Of a stretch of DNA of 64,000 nt, positions 40,249-49,993 are shown one piece after another. The notes under the pieces were generated by a model. That model ran no database searches. It saw only the letters and a program-made list of their open reading frames with translations, and was not told the origin of the DNA. Every line of letters begins with the position of its first letter. Positions within the stretch are counted from its first letter, which is position 1. This DNA is from Leptolyngbyales cyanobacterium. Lineage in GTDB: Bacteria; Cyanobacteriota; Cyanobacteriia; Leptolyngbyales; Leptolyngbyaceae. The translations under genes and the position numbers were made by a program. Location of the stretch: NCBI GenBank assembly GCA_038227635.1, contig JBBRPT010000006.1, forward strand, positions 1-64,000, given 5' to 3'.

Positions 40249-40530
40249 GGTAGTGTCCTAGACGTGTTGTTGCAGTTCAAATCGTCAGACTAAACGCTAC
40301 TCGATTGATGAATAATCCAATCACCACATCGGGCATCACGACCGACTTGGAAAAACAAATCGTTTTGCGAGCCATAGCGCTTCGCTCCGTCAAAGGCGTG
40401 CGCTTAATTCGCGTTCGCAACGTTAAGTGCTTTCGCTCAATCTTCTGAGTGTTGCGCTTTCCAACTGTATGGAACATGGGAGCGATCTGCCGTTCATAAG
40501 CACCCCACCCATCGCTGTAGAACTGCATAA
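40249..40530 (-). pseudogene. IS1-family transposase 3' fragment with terminal IR
   Basis: The minus-strand product is ..YSDGWGAYER...HTVGKRNTQKIERKHLTLRTRIKR..RKTICFSKS.., the InsB C-terminal pattern with an internal disruption. A GGTAGTG-type end lies at 40249. The N-terminal two thirds are missing. Confidence 0.7.
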
Positions 40531-40539
40531 TCCAAAAGT

Positions 40540-41518
40540 AACAACATATCTAGAACATTGCCGAGTGACCCGACCGAAGACGCAGCAACGCCCAATCCGT
40601 GGGTGCGAGTGCTCAACGGCAAACGAGGACTCCACATCGTCGTGCTCTACCTGATCCTGGGTTCGTGGCAGGTGCCCTGGAGTTTCTGTATCTGGCATGG
40701 CAAGGGCACTGCGAGTCCCCCTCAACTCGCCTGTAAACTCCTGGCTCATGTGCCCAAGACCCTCACGAAACGGTTTACGGTCATTGTTCTGGCAGATACC
40801 GAGTTGGGCACCGTGGAGTTTCTCACAGCCGTGCGAAAACGGCACTGGCGAGCGGTCGTTGGAATGCGCTGCACTCGTCTGATGGACACGGGCAAGCCCC
40901 TCAAGTCGCTTTACCGTCGTGGAACCCGAGAACAACAGGTACGACTCGTAGGTATGGAGATGCCGTTGACCGTCTCCTGGTTTTGGCTCAAACGCAGCGA
41001 GGGCAAGCGAGAACTGCGGTTTGTCGTCCCCACCCCCTATTCTGGCAGGGCTAATTTAAGGTCGAGAAAGAAAATCTATACCCTTTATCTTGCGTCGAGG
41101 CATTATTTGATGCTGAACGAAGACTCAAGCCTGTGGATTTTATCTGGTGACAACTAATCAGCCCTGCCTACTCTGGGGTCTACCTCGTGCGGTTAGGACG
41201 ACAACGGTGAACCATTGAGGGCTTCTTCAAAACCAGCAAACATCGCTTTGGCTAGCATAGCTTTGGACAGAAGACTCGGTTGGGCATCTATCGCTGGTTG
41301 ATTCTCTCCCTCATTGCTTACCTGCTTGCCCATTGGGTCTCTCGAACCTTCCCAAACTGAGCACCGCTGGATTGGGGGAAGTCAGTGCCCAAGCGATTGC
41401 AGAACTCTTGCCTCAAGTCCTATGGATCAAGCTATTGCATCAGATTCAAAAGTACCGGAAACTTGCGGATGATCTAGGGTTTGAAATCCTCGTCAAGCCC
41501 CTCCTCTTACCTTATTGA
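40540..41518 (+). pseudogene. IS4/IS701-like DDE transposase, 5'-truncated, with in-frame stops and a MITE insertion
   Basis: Reads ..WQVPWSFCIWHGKGTASPPQLACKLL..VLADTELGTVEFL..RELRFVVPTPYSG | insertion | YSGVYLVRLGRQR*TIEGFFKTSKHRFG*HSFGQ... The typical RW.IE..FK motif carries TGA in place of Trp. Confidence 0.7.
41046..41166. mobile_element. 121-bp MITE-like insertion with about 10-bp target-site duplication
   Basis: The inverted repeats are CAGGGCTAAT and ATCAGCCCTG. The flanks are CCTATTCTGG (41036..41045) and CCTACTCTGG (41167..41176). Removing the insert plus one flank restores the transposase reading frame (..PYSGVYLV..). Confidence 0.7.
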
Positions 41519-41772
41519 GACTGGTGCAAGATGTGAGTCAACACATATGCCTGTGAATAACCTACTGATAAGTTGGTTTGAAAGATTGTTGAAGTCACGG
41601 CAATATAAGCTATTGTCACCTTGAGTGGAACCTGCTGAATGATGCTGCCGACGTTTGGCAGAGGTGCATCTTTTGTGGTCAAATAGCGATCGCATTACAC
41701 AGAGTTTGATTCAGAGCTGGTGCCGCTTAGAGCAACCGTGAGCACTGATTAGCCCGGGAGTACCATACTCTG

Positions 41773-41866
41773 CAAAGCGGGATGGGAATTCAGTTTTAGG
41801 TCAGTCCCTAGACTATCAAAGACAGTGGATTTCGCCCAACATTCAAGCTTTAATTCTGACACTTTC
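41773..41866 (-). repeat. left copy of the 94-bp inverted repeat (IR-L)
   Basis: Its reverse complement matches 55173..55266 at about 87 of 94 positions by hand alignment. The inner boundary (GAAAGTGTCAG) is sharp, and similarity decays outward. Confidence 0.85.
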
Positions 41867-41912
41867 AAACCCGCAACCAGTTGAATGCGATTGGCACAGA
41901 TCGTTCGTCACT

Positions 41913-42668
41913 CTAAAAAGCGTTGGACACAACCGATTGTTCAACCTTCGATACCAACCGCAGCAAATTTTCCCCTAGAACTAGGGTTTCTTTTACCGGA
42001 GATAATCCAAGCAATCGAATTTTTTGGAGTTCAAGGGCAGGATGTAACCAAGGACCATCAGTGCCAAACAATACTTTGTGAGCACCTCCTCTTTGGACTG
42101 CTTGTGCTAAGTAATCAAACCGACGTACACCGGATGTATCGGTATAAACATTAGGAAAGCGAACAATTTGATCAATTACACGGATATGAGCCGTCCAGTC
42201 GTCTGCAAAGCTTCCTAAGTGAGGAATAATAAAGTTCACGTCAGGATATTGAGCTGCCAGCAAATCAATAATTTCAGTCTTGCCAGCGGGGTCATAAAGC
42301 AGCGGTAACCGAAACCTTTGAGCAACCTCGCAAAGTTCACGAGTGGCGGGGGCATCCAGTCGATGGGCTTTGATTCCGCAAAATCCCCATTGAATTACGG
42401 CTTGTTTAACGATCGTATGAACCCGTCCGCGATCGCGCTGAGCATGAACAAAGGCAAATCCCAAAAAACGCCCTGGATATCTGGCAATAATCCGAGCGGT
42501 ATTGGCATTCGCCTGAGCGTAATCGCTATGAAACGGAGCAAAGATCACAGTTTTATAAATGCCCACCGCTTGTGCCCGTTTCAAATACGTTGCGATCGGT
42601 GCATCGGTATCCCAAGGACCGGTTAACAAGTCGCCTTTTCCAGCATGGCAATGGCAATCGATAATCAT
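41913..42668 (-). CDS. amidohydrolase-2 (TIM-barrel metal-dependent hydrolase) family protein
   Basis: The N-terminus is MIIDCHCHAGKG (HxH metal motif); later IIPHLG and FGTDGPW are present. It is ATGA-coupled to the upstream M20 gene. Confidence 0.75.
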   Translation of the reverse strand: MIIDCHCHAGKGDLLTGPWDTDAPIATYLKRAQAVGIYKTVIFAPFHSDYAQANANTARIIARYPGRFLGFAFVHAQRDRGRVHTIVKQAVIQWGFCGIKAHRLDAPATRELCEVAQRFRLPLLYDPAGKTEIIDLLAAQYPDVNFIIPHLGSFADDWTAHIRVIDQIVRFPNVYTDTSGVRRFDYLAQAVQRGGAHKVLFGTDGPWLHPALELQKIRLLGLSPVKETLVLGENLLRLVSKVEQSVVSNAF

Positions 42669-44074
42669 TGTGTATACTCCGCAAAGAAGCGAATTACAGT
42701 CTCAATACCGTGAAAGAAGTTCGGTAAACTCATCTTTTCGTTGGGAGCGTGAATATCATCATCCGGTAATCCGAATCCCAGCAGCACGATCGGCACTTGC
42801 AGCCGTCGATGGAGGTGTTCGACTAGGGGAATTGAGCCGCCGCTGCGAGTGAACACAGGGGGAATGCCCCAAGTTTGCTCAACCGCTCGAATGGCAGCCT
42901 GCATCACTGCACTCTTTTGAGGCAACAAAACCGGACGCGATCTGCCCGTAATTTTTAAGCGGCTACGGATTGCGGGATGACTCAAGGATTTCAGATGGTG
43001 TTCCAGCAGTTGGGCAATTTCGGTGGGTTCTTGATCCGGAACCAGTCGCAGACTCAATCGAGCAATTCCTCGACTGGGAATGACCGATTTCGCACCTGCG
43101 CCTGTGTAACCACCCGCTAATCCATTAATCGTCAAGGCTGGGCGACTGGTCATGCGCTCAAACAAGTCGTAGCCAGGTTCACCCCAGCCCAAGGGCACAT
43201 CAAGGTCAGCTAAGATTTGCTGGTTGCGTTTACAGGCGCAGCGAAGTTGTTGTCGTTCTGTTGGTTGGAGGTCTCGAACCTGCTGATAGAAACCAGGAAT
43301 CGCCACTTTTCCGGTGCGATCGTGCAGTCCTGCAATCATTTCGCTCAAGGCTTGCAGGGGATTCAGCACGGCTCCTCCATATCGCCCAGAGTGCAGATCG
43401 TGCTTGGGTCCGCGCACTTCTAGTTCACAGTTGAGATTGCCGCGCAGTCCATAGATGATTGAGGGTCTGCCGCGTCCTAGCATCTCGGTGTCAGAGACCA
43501 AGACCGCATTAGCTTGAAGTCGTTGCACTTGTCGATCGAGAAACGCAGCTAAGTTCGGACTATTGATTTCCTCTTCCCCTTCTAGCCACACTTTGACATT
43601 GATCGGCAAGGTTCCAGTTGTTCGCAAGTAGCTCTCGATCGCTTTTAAGTGGATAAATAACTGTCCTTTGTCGTCGCTGGCTCCACGAGCAAACAAGCTG
43701 TCTCCCACTATGGTCGCTTTGAACGGATGCGATCGCCATTCATCGATTGGATCAACAAGCTGTACATCATAATGCCCATATAGCAATAACGTTGGCTTTC
43801 CGGTTGCCATTAACCAATCTGCATAGACACTGGGTGCGCCGCCATTCACGCTTGGAATCACTTGAACACGATGCAGACCAATTTCTGCTAAGTGTTGCGC
43901 TAACCACTGGGCACAGGCTTTGATGTCTTTTCGGTGCTGAGGAAGTGCAGAAATAGTAGGGAAAGCGATCAGTTCAGACAGTTGGGAGAGCCAGCGCGAT
44001 CGCATTTCTGGTTGCTGGCTGTAGAGCAGGGGTGCAATTGCTGCTGGTGAAGAGACAAGCATCGCTTTCGCCAA
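42665..44074 (-). CDS. M20-family metallopeptidase (dipeptidase / ArgE-DapE-CPG2 type)
   Basis: Contains LLLYGHYDVQ, GASDDKGQ and WLEGEEEINS, plus a dimerisation-domain-sized insert. Confidence 0.85.
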   Translation of the reverse strand: MAKAMLVSSPAAIAPLLYSQQPEMRSRWLSQLSELIAFPTISALPQHRKDIKACAQWLAQHLAEIGLHRVQVIPSVNGGAPSVYADWLMATGKPTLLLYGHYDVQLVDPIDEWRSHPFKATIVGDSLFARGASDDKGQLFIHLKAIESYLRTTGTLPINVKVWLEGEEEINSPNLAAFLDRQVQRLQANAVLVSDTEMLGRGRPSIIYGLRGNLNCELEVRGPKHDLHSGRYGGAVLNPLQALSEMIAGLHDRTGKVAIPGFYQQVRDLQPTERQQLRCACKRNQQILADLDVPLGWGEPGYDLFERMTSRPALTINGLAGGYTGAGAKSVIPSRGIARLSLRLVPDQEPTEIAQLLEHHLKSLSHPAIRSRLKITGRSRPVLLPQKSAVMQAAIRAVEQTWGIPPVFTRSGGSIPLVEHLHRRLQVPIVLLGFGLPDDDIHAPNEKMSLPNFFHGIETVIRFFAEYTQ

Positions 44075-44137
44075 GAGTTAACTTTACTGTGAACAATCAC
44101 TGTTATGTCAATCGTCTACTCGGAATTGTCGAGATCA

Positions 44138-45265
44138 TTAAAGAGGTCGATCTAGATTTGGATAGTCTCGATCAAGGTTCCAATCGCACTGACCCCGGTA
44201 ACAACCTGTGCCAACAGCGATTAGCATCCGCCGGTGCTGTCGTTCCTCTTTCAGCTTGTTCCCCGCCCGATTTGCAGCTTCATTGGCGATCGCAATTAAC
44301 TTCTCCTGCTCAGAGGACAATCCTCGGATTCGAGCCATAAACGCCTGCTCTTTTTTACGACCCAAACCATCGCCTGTATGAACATCAAAGATCATCGACA
44401 GCCCCCGAATCGTTCGTAATCCGAGTCGTCGAGTGATGGCTACGCAGGTTGTGATTCTGCCGCTCACGTCTTCTATTTGCAGACGACAGTAATCTGGATC
44501 GGAACACAGGCGAAGTAAGGTACTACTCCAGCGAAAACAAAGCTTTTCAGCACTTGCTTGTCGCACTGCATCCCTAGGTGGCAAAGCAATCAGGTTCTTC
44601 AACTTCTCGGTATCTGCTCCGAAGAACTCTCGTAACCGCCCAGTTTGACGCTCAAATTTTGTGAGCATTGCTTGTAGAGTCCCAGCCGCTAGATTCCACT
44701 GAATCATGCCCATCGAGATGCCATCGACCTCAGACACCCGACACCCAAACTCTCTGTTGTTTTCAAACCGAGTGGTAATTCTCAAAGCAATCAACTCAGC
44801 TTCGCTTAGTTTCGTTGGAGGCAGACACGCTACTTGCCCACCAACATTACAACTCCGTTTACGCTTGCGGGAGCGCTCTGCAATAAAATTGGCAGCATCT
44901 CTCACTTGTCCAGTTCTCTGTAAGTCACCCACCGGAGGCGGCAAAACCCTTGTGATAACAACTTTACGAGCGTAATCAATCCGAGGTATATTCACCATTG
45001 ACAAGAATGGAGTACGATTTGTCCACAAAGCATCGAGTGTTTGAGGTGCTAAACCATCGAGCACACGCAGCATTTCGTACATATTCAAGCCATTCAAGTT
45101 GAGATAAGCACTTCTCCAATCACTGACTCGTACAGCACTCTCAAAAGCTCGACGAACTGAGCTAGGTGTATATTCAAACTCTAGTAGTTTCCATTCTGCT
45201 TCTAATGGTTGATCGCGATATCTAACTGAAACGGGTTCAAATAGCCATTGTGTGGTTCGACTCAT
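44138..45265 (-). CDS. cluster protein H: N-terminal FE-x-P/EWK tag + GH46/lysozyme-like domain (tentative)
   Basis: The ATG at 45265 gives MSRTTQWLFEPVSVRYRDQPLEAEWKLLEFEY. Mid-protein, RFENNREFGCRVSEVDGISMGMIQWNLAAGTL resembles the GH46 chitosanase/lysozyme-fold catalytic segment (FEN...DG..G). No signal peptide. Confidence 0.35.
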   Translation of the reverse strand: MSRTTQWLFEPVSVRYRDQPLEAEWKLLEFEYTPSSVRRAFESAVRVSDWRSAYLNLNGLNMYEMLRVLDGLAPQTLDALWTNRTPFLSMVNIPRIDYARKVVITRVLPPPVGDLQRTGQVRDAANFIAERSRKRKRSCNVGGQVACLPPTKLSEAELIALRITTRFENNREFGCRVSEVDGISMGMIQWNLAAGTLQAMLTKFERQTGRLREFFGADTEKLKNLIALPPRDAVRQASAEKLCFRWSSTLLRLCSDPDYCRLQIEDVSGRITTCVAITRRLGLRTIRGLSMIFDVHTGDGLGRKKEQAFMARIRGLSSEQEKLIAIANEAANRAGNKLKEERQHRRMLIAVGTGCYRGQCDWNLDRDYPNLDRPL

Positions 45266-45293
45266 GGTTTTATTAGCTCGAAAATAGAATAAT

Positions 45294-46178
45294 TCACAGC
45301 GATCTAGAAGCAATGATCGTGAATAAGGCATTAAAGAGCCTGTTCAAAGTGTCGCGGTTCTTGAGAGATTGTTCTGTTAAATCGCCCCCCTTTGCCCGGC
45401 GAGCGAACTCTAACAGAAAGCGCCGAGTGACTTGATCGAACTCGCCAGTTTCTGAAATGCTTGCTCCTAATAGACTGTTCAGCGATTCTTGAACAAAGAC
45501 TAGTGTTGATTTTTGCAGCGGATTTCGAGGTCGTCCCCGATTCATGTCACAGTGAAAATGATCGCGGTGATCGGAGCGGTGATAGTCGATCACAGTAGTA
45601 AAAGAGAGCCTGAGACAGGCATTCATGCGGCGCAAGATTGCTCTTTCTGCCGGATTGCGGAAGTTATGAACGATCGTTTCTCGATTGGAGCTAGAAGAGA
45701 TGCCCGATTGTTGCCAGCGCAGCCCAGCAATGTCGATCGCATCGCCAAAAGAATGATTGCTCAATGTGTCTGTGTTACTGATACATCGACATAGATAAGA
45801 GCCGAGGGTTAGAATCGCTTCGATCGGTAAGCCAAATTGAGTCATATTGTTAACAAAGGTACTCAACGCTGTTTCAACTGATGGAATAAACCGCTGCGTT
45901 CTAGGGCGCAATCGCTTGCTTACCACAATCAAGGGTGTGCTTGGATCTTTCCGAACTGCATCTACATACTCAAAAGGGATACCATTTACGGCTTGGACAC
46001 ACAGCAAATTTGGAATAGCTGGACAAACTTTAGGCGTTTTACAGCGTAGCTTTGTTGTGCTGGCAGCTTCAGAACAAGTGCGACGGGCTGAAGTCGGAAC
46101 TAGCTCCCATTCAGTTTCGCCAAGCCACCCATCGGTTCGAGTCGGTATTTCAAACTGCAAAGGATTTTGCTGCCTCAT
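45294..46178 (-). CDS. cluster protein G: N-terminal tag + LAS-superfamily (extensin-like-C / M15-like) zinc hydrolase domain
   Basis: The ATG at 46178 is ATGA-coupled to F and gives MRQQNPLQFEIPTRTDGWLGETEWELVPTS. The later signature is SYLCRC...LSNHSFGDAIDIAG...VIDYHRSDHRDHFHCD, i.e. the H..G.A.D ... H.DHFH.D pattern. No signal peptide. Confidence 0.55.
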   Translation of the reverse strand: MRQQNPLQFEIPTRTDGWLGETEWELVPTSARRTCSEAASTTKLRCKTPKVCPAIPNLLCVQAVNGIPFEYVDAVRKDPSTPLIVVSKRLRPRTQRFIPSVETALSTFVNNMTQFGLPIEAILTLGSYLCRCISNTDTLSNHSFGDAIDIAGLRWQQSGISSSSNRETIVHNFRNPAERAILRRMNACLRLSFTTVIDYHRSDHRDHFHCDMNRGRPRNPLQKSTLVFVQESLNSLLGASISETGEFDQVTRRFLLEFARRAKGGDLTEQSLKNRDTLNRLFNALFTIIASRSL

Positions 46179-47125
46179 CGGGTCACCTCTGTTGAGTTCT
46201 TCAGAAATGGAGTCGCTTTGATACGGGTTTCCCAATAAGTAATCGGGACTCTGTTGTGATCGCCTGTTGTTGATCGATTTACCGAGACGTTAGAGAGTTT
46301 TTGCCGCTTTGCATATATTTGTAAACTGGTTGCCAGAGGTGCAGTTTGACTGTTGGCAATGTAGTAAATGAAGAGATTACTGGTGGGATTCCGCTTTGCC
46401 CAACTTCCCCAGCCCGTATCATCTCCAGTGTTATACGTACAATCAAATCCCCAGCATTCACGGATTTTGCTTGCATAAGTAGCTTTAGAAAGCGCGATCG
46501 TTCTCATCGGTAAACCGCCCCCTGAATGACAGGCAAGAATCAGATTACCAAGGCTGAGCGGTTGATCAAACTGCATGGAAGGCGCGTAATACGTCCGAAT
46601 TGCTGCTAACACCTGATCAATGTAAGCATCGAAGCCACTGGCTTGAGTGAGATTGCCGGATTCCGATCGCGACCCTAAAGTTGGAGCGACGAGAATAGCA
46701 TTTTTACTGCTGGCATTGACTCCTTCTCGAAATGCAAAGAACGGATAGAACTGTCGATTCCAATATTGGTCGATCGTCAAGTTCGTTGGATAGTAGCCAG
46801 GAGCCGGAGATCGACCGCGCTGAACTGGAGTGCGATGATGACCCTGGAGGTAGAGAATCAGATCGACCTGAGGTGTAAACCGATAGTTAGCAGGCAGAAA
46901 AACCCCGGTCATGGGTTGCGGACAGACTTTAGTGCGATCGCGCTTTGTGCTACATCCAAGATTGATGTTGAGATAGAGAGTTGAGAAGAGGGGTTGAGAT
47001 TCTGACCGAATCAAGGATGGAGCAGCTTGAGTCGGAGATTCAAATAGCCCATTCTGCTCAAAGTTTAGATAAGAAGTCGGGCTGCGTGAAGGAGCCTCGA
47101 ACATCCACTGAGTTGAACGATTCAT
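46175..47125 (-). CDS. cluster protein F: N-terminal tag + alpha/beta-hydrolase-like domain (tentative Ser hydrolase)
   Basis: Starts MNRSTQWMFEAPSRSPTSYLNFEQNGLFESP. A nucleophile-elbow-like LILACHSGGG is present, with later D/H candidates (GDDTGW, TGDHNRVP). No signal peptide. Confidence 0.35.
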   Translation of the reverse strand: MNRSTQWMFEAPSRSPTSYLNFEQNGLFESPTQAAPSLIRSESQPLFSTLYLNINLGCSTKRDRTKVCPQPMTGVFLPANYRFTPQVDLILYLQGHHRTPVQRGRSPAPGYYPTNLTIDQYWNRQFYPFFAFREGVNASSKNAILVAPTLGSRSESGNLTQASGFDAYIDQVLAAIRTYYAPSMQFDQPLSLGNLILACHSGGGLPMRTIALSKATYASKIRECWGFDCTYNTGDDTGWGSWAKRNPTSNLFIYYIANSQTAPLATSLQIYAKRQKLSNVSVNRSTTGDHNRVPITYWETRIKATPFLKNSTEVTR

Positions 47126-47154
47126 ACAGTACTCCTAGCGAGGATAGATGAGTT

Positions 47155-48311
47155 CTATCTCATGACATTTGGGGCAGGCATCATCCCGTTCGATCGTGCA
47201 AATACCGGATCGGGTCGTGTTCCACGAGGAGGAGGACCTGGCTGGTAAATATTGCGCGGGGGTGGAGTGGGACGGCTGATCCGCATTCCTTCTTCGCTGG
47301 AGATCCATTCTTCAGAGTATTCGGCGATGCGGTAGAGCAACGCTTCAAAGTCAGTGCGGTTCTTCTTGAGGACGAAGGGTTCGGCTAACCAACGGATGAT
47401 TTCTCGTCCAGCAACCGCCATCCGGTTCATCGTACTGGCGTGAACGGATTGACCAAAGTATTGCCACAAAACTAGTTCAATCATTTCCCAGGCATTAGCA
47501 GCCCCAAACTGGGCGCGAACATCGGGAGCATCTAGAACCTTAAAGGCTTCCGCTAATGCTTGACTGGTTTCTACCCGCAGCACATTGATATAGCCGTAAG
47601 AAGAGTTCTTCAAGTTGTTGCGTAAATCGAGTCCGGTTCGACGGACGATCGCCATGGAACCAAAGGTCGGATCAGTGGCATTTTGGCGAATCACTTCGCT
47701 AATTCGTTTGTCGCGCCAGAACTTTGCGGTTTCGCTGATAAAGTGAGTGAAAAGTCCATGAAACTCTGGATTGGCACGAGCGCCCGGTCCCGGATCGCGC
47801 CCATAGCCTAAGACCCGCGTATAGGCCCGACGGCGATCGCCCTGTTGGTAGCGCAAAAGGTTGTGCTTATCAAAGCGGTAGAGTCCGTAAGCCCCTTCGC
47901 CGCTGGAAATTCGCAAGGTTCCGGCTCGGAATAGCTCTTGCAACTTGTGCATCACTTTAAACACACCCAAAAATTCATGGATAGCGATGTAGTAGAGGTC
48001 GCCTGCCGCAAGGATGCGATCGCTGGTCACCGTATCGTCGTAATCCACAATGCCGCTGGAAACCTGGGTTGCTCCTAAATTGGTGGGTGCCGTGTTGCCT
48101 AACCCGATCAGGTCGGCTAGTCCCCCATCCGGCGGAACGCCTTTGCCATTTGGGCTTCATCAAATTTGCGAACCTGATCATCCACCGTTCGGTTCAGCAC
48201 TTCTGCCAATTGAGGATTGGCAACCAACTCTGGACCCAGTTGTTCAATGGTGTTTTGCAGGAGCGCAGCAATACGATCGTTGCGCTGGTCGTAATCTCTG
48301 GTGTTCGGCAT
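47155..48311 (-). CDS. cluster protein E, unknown function; apparently split by a frameshift at a C5 run (48122..48126)
   Basis: A 64-aa ORF (48311..48117, good RBS AGGAATAGGAAC) and a 297-aa ORF (48048..47155, GTG start) sit in adjacent frames. The downstream frame is already open from ~48150. Adding one G/C in the 5-mer run fuses them into a protein of about 385 aa. Confidence 0.55.
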
Positions 48312-48424
48312 ACGTTTGTTCCTATTCCTGATCTAAATATCTCTGAGTGCTGCTGAGGGAAGGGCATCGCGATCGCCAACCGGATCACCATGCGAAGCCT
48401 TAATTGTTTCGGTTCACGATTGCT

Positions 48425-49954
48425 CTAACTCTCCCCAGGTGGACTAGTCGGGGGAACCGTGCTACCCACTCCCAGATCTGCCAGTGTATCGAGTTGGAAG
48501 AGCAACTCACTCAAGGTTTGCTGCACCCGCTCAAAAGACAGCACTCTGTCTAGCAGTAAGCCCTTGGAGGGGTCGCTTTTAAGGGTGGACAAGACAATCC
48601 CAATCACCCAGAACAAGGTATCTGCCTGGTCGGTGACAAAATCTAAGCCAAACTGACCTGAAGCGGACAAGATAGATGGCGCTTCCAGGGTGGCAAACCG
48701 CTCAACCCACTCGTTGAAATCATTGACGGTGATGTCCGGTAGCAGCAAGCTAAACGTGGTGGGACTGGAGAACAACGACAGGCTGATGTCGATCGCGTTG
48801 GGAGAGTTGATCGCGTTGGAAGGGTTAGGTCTCGTCCGAGGAGATCCTAAGATCGAGAACAGTGCGGTATCCGATCGCCGCTCGCTGGCAGTAAATCCGA
48901 TCGAATCCATTGCCGCCATCAGGCTAGTATTGCTATCTGAAATCACGGGCAACATGATGTAAGACCGCGACAGCCGCTCACTATAGCGCCCTGTTACGTT
49001 TGTCTCCACGTCATTGGTTACAGCGAACTGCTCAAAAATTGTTCTTAATGTACCTGCATAGTTTTTCAGTAACTCAAAGCCTGCAACTTGTGTTTCGTCT
49101 GACAGTGTGACTGGGAAAACCTCTGTGCCGTTTCTTTGCCCTCGGAATCCACCCCGATCGACCAACCGTGCTTGTTCGCCCAATTGAATAATCGAACCAT
49201 CTAGCGTGTTGAGATACGTTTCCACCCGTTCTCGACGGGGTTCATCAATGCGTCCAAATTCATCAACTAAAGTGTTGATTTGCGATCGAATCAACGCCCG
49301 TAATGCTTCCACCGCATCAATATCCGCTATGGGATCAAAGGGTTGCAGTGCCTCCAAAACCCGCAGGGCATCTGCCGCAATAATGCTTGTCTGACGATAG
49401 AGATTTGCCTGTTCCACAGACAACTGACCCACGCCACTGCTATTCGGTGGTGCTGACCTGTAACCGGCGGCTGCATCATTGCCGAGACTGTCAGGTGAAT
49501 AGTAGCCGTTGCCCACGGTGGAGTAATTGCCGCTTCCGTTCAGGGAAACGATACTGCGAGTGGGCGTCATCATCACTTTGCCATGAGCATCCGTTGGGAA
49601 AGCACTGTTCAAGGCATTAACAAATCCATCATATCCGCGTCCCGGTGTTCGCCCTAAAACCTGAGTCAGCGCCCGTTCTACCTGCTGAGTTAAGGCATTT
49701 GCGTTTCCACTGGCACTAGAGCGAGAGGAGCCATTGTCGTAGATGGTCGGTTCATTGCCTGCCGATCGTCCTAAGATTTGGGCAATTTGAGCCAACTGCT
49801 TGGGAATGGCTTCTGTAAGCTGTGGCTGTAAAAAAAGGCTGTTCAGGAGAACCTGACGCATTTCTTGCAATTGGTCTCTTTGTCGTAGATTCTGAAGCTG
49901 CCCATCGTTGAGCACCTCACCGTTGATCAGCGTTCCGAAAACTGGAAAAGCCAT
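48425..49954 (-). CDS. cluster protein D, unknown function
   Basis: 509 aa. No TM helix, signal peptide or catalytic motif recognised. A G/S/N/Y-rich low-complexity segment spans about residues 70-175. Confidence 0.7.
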   Translation of the reverse strand: MAFPVFGTLINGEVLNDGQLQNLRQRDQLQEMRQVLLNSLFLQPQLTEAIPKQLAQIAQILGRSAGNEPTIYDNGSSRSSASGNANALTQQVERALTQVLGRTPGRGYDGFVNALNSAFPTDAHGKVMMTPTRSIVSLNGSGNYSTVGNGYYSPDSLGNDAAAGYRSAPPNSSGVGQLSVEQANLYRQTSIIAADALRVLEALQPFDPIADIDAVEALRALIRSQINTLVDEFGRIDEPRRERVETYLNTLDGSIIQLGEQARLVDRGGFRGQRNGTEVFPVTLSDETQVAGFELLKNYAGTLRTIFEQFAVTNDVETNVTGRYSERLSRSYIMLPVISDSNTSLMAAMDSIGFTASERRSDTALFSILGSPRTRPNPSNAINSPNAIDISLSLFSSPTTFSLLLPDITVNDFNEWVERFATLEAPSILSASGQFGLDFVTDQADTLFWVIGIVLSTLKSDPSKGLLLDRVLSFERVQQTLSELLFQLDTLADLGVGSTVPPTSPPGES

Positions 49955-49993
49955 TGTTACTAACCTCTGCTGATGTATAGAGTCATCGTTCTG

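Noticed and set aside
40423-40935. 170-aa minus-strand ORF
   Set aside because: It is antisense to the IS4/IS701-like transposase pseudogene, whose plus-strand translation carries the family motifs.
41507-41695. 62-aa minus-strand ORF (MRSLFDHKRC..) just outside IR-L, considered as a remnant of a second recombinase gene
   Set aside because: Only the first few residues (MR.LF) vaguely echo the recombinase N-terminus (MRLFGY). I could not sustain an alignment at either DNA or protein level.
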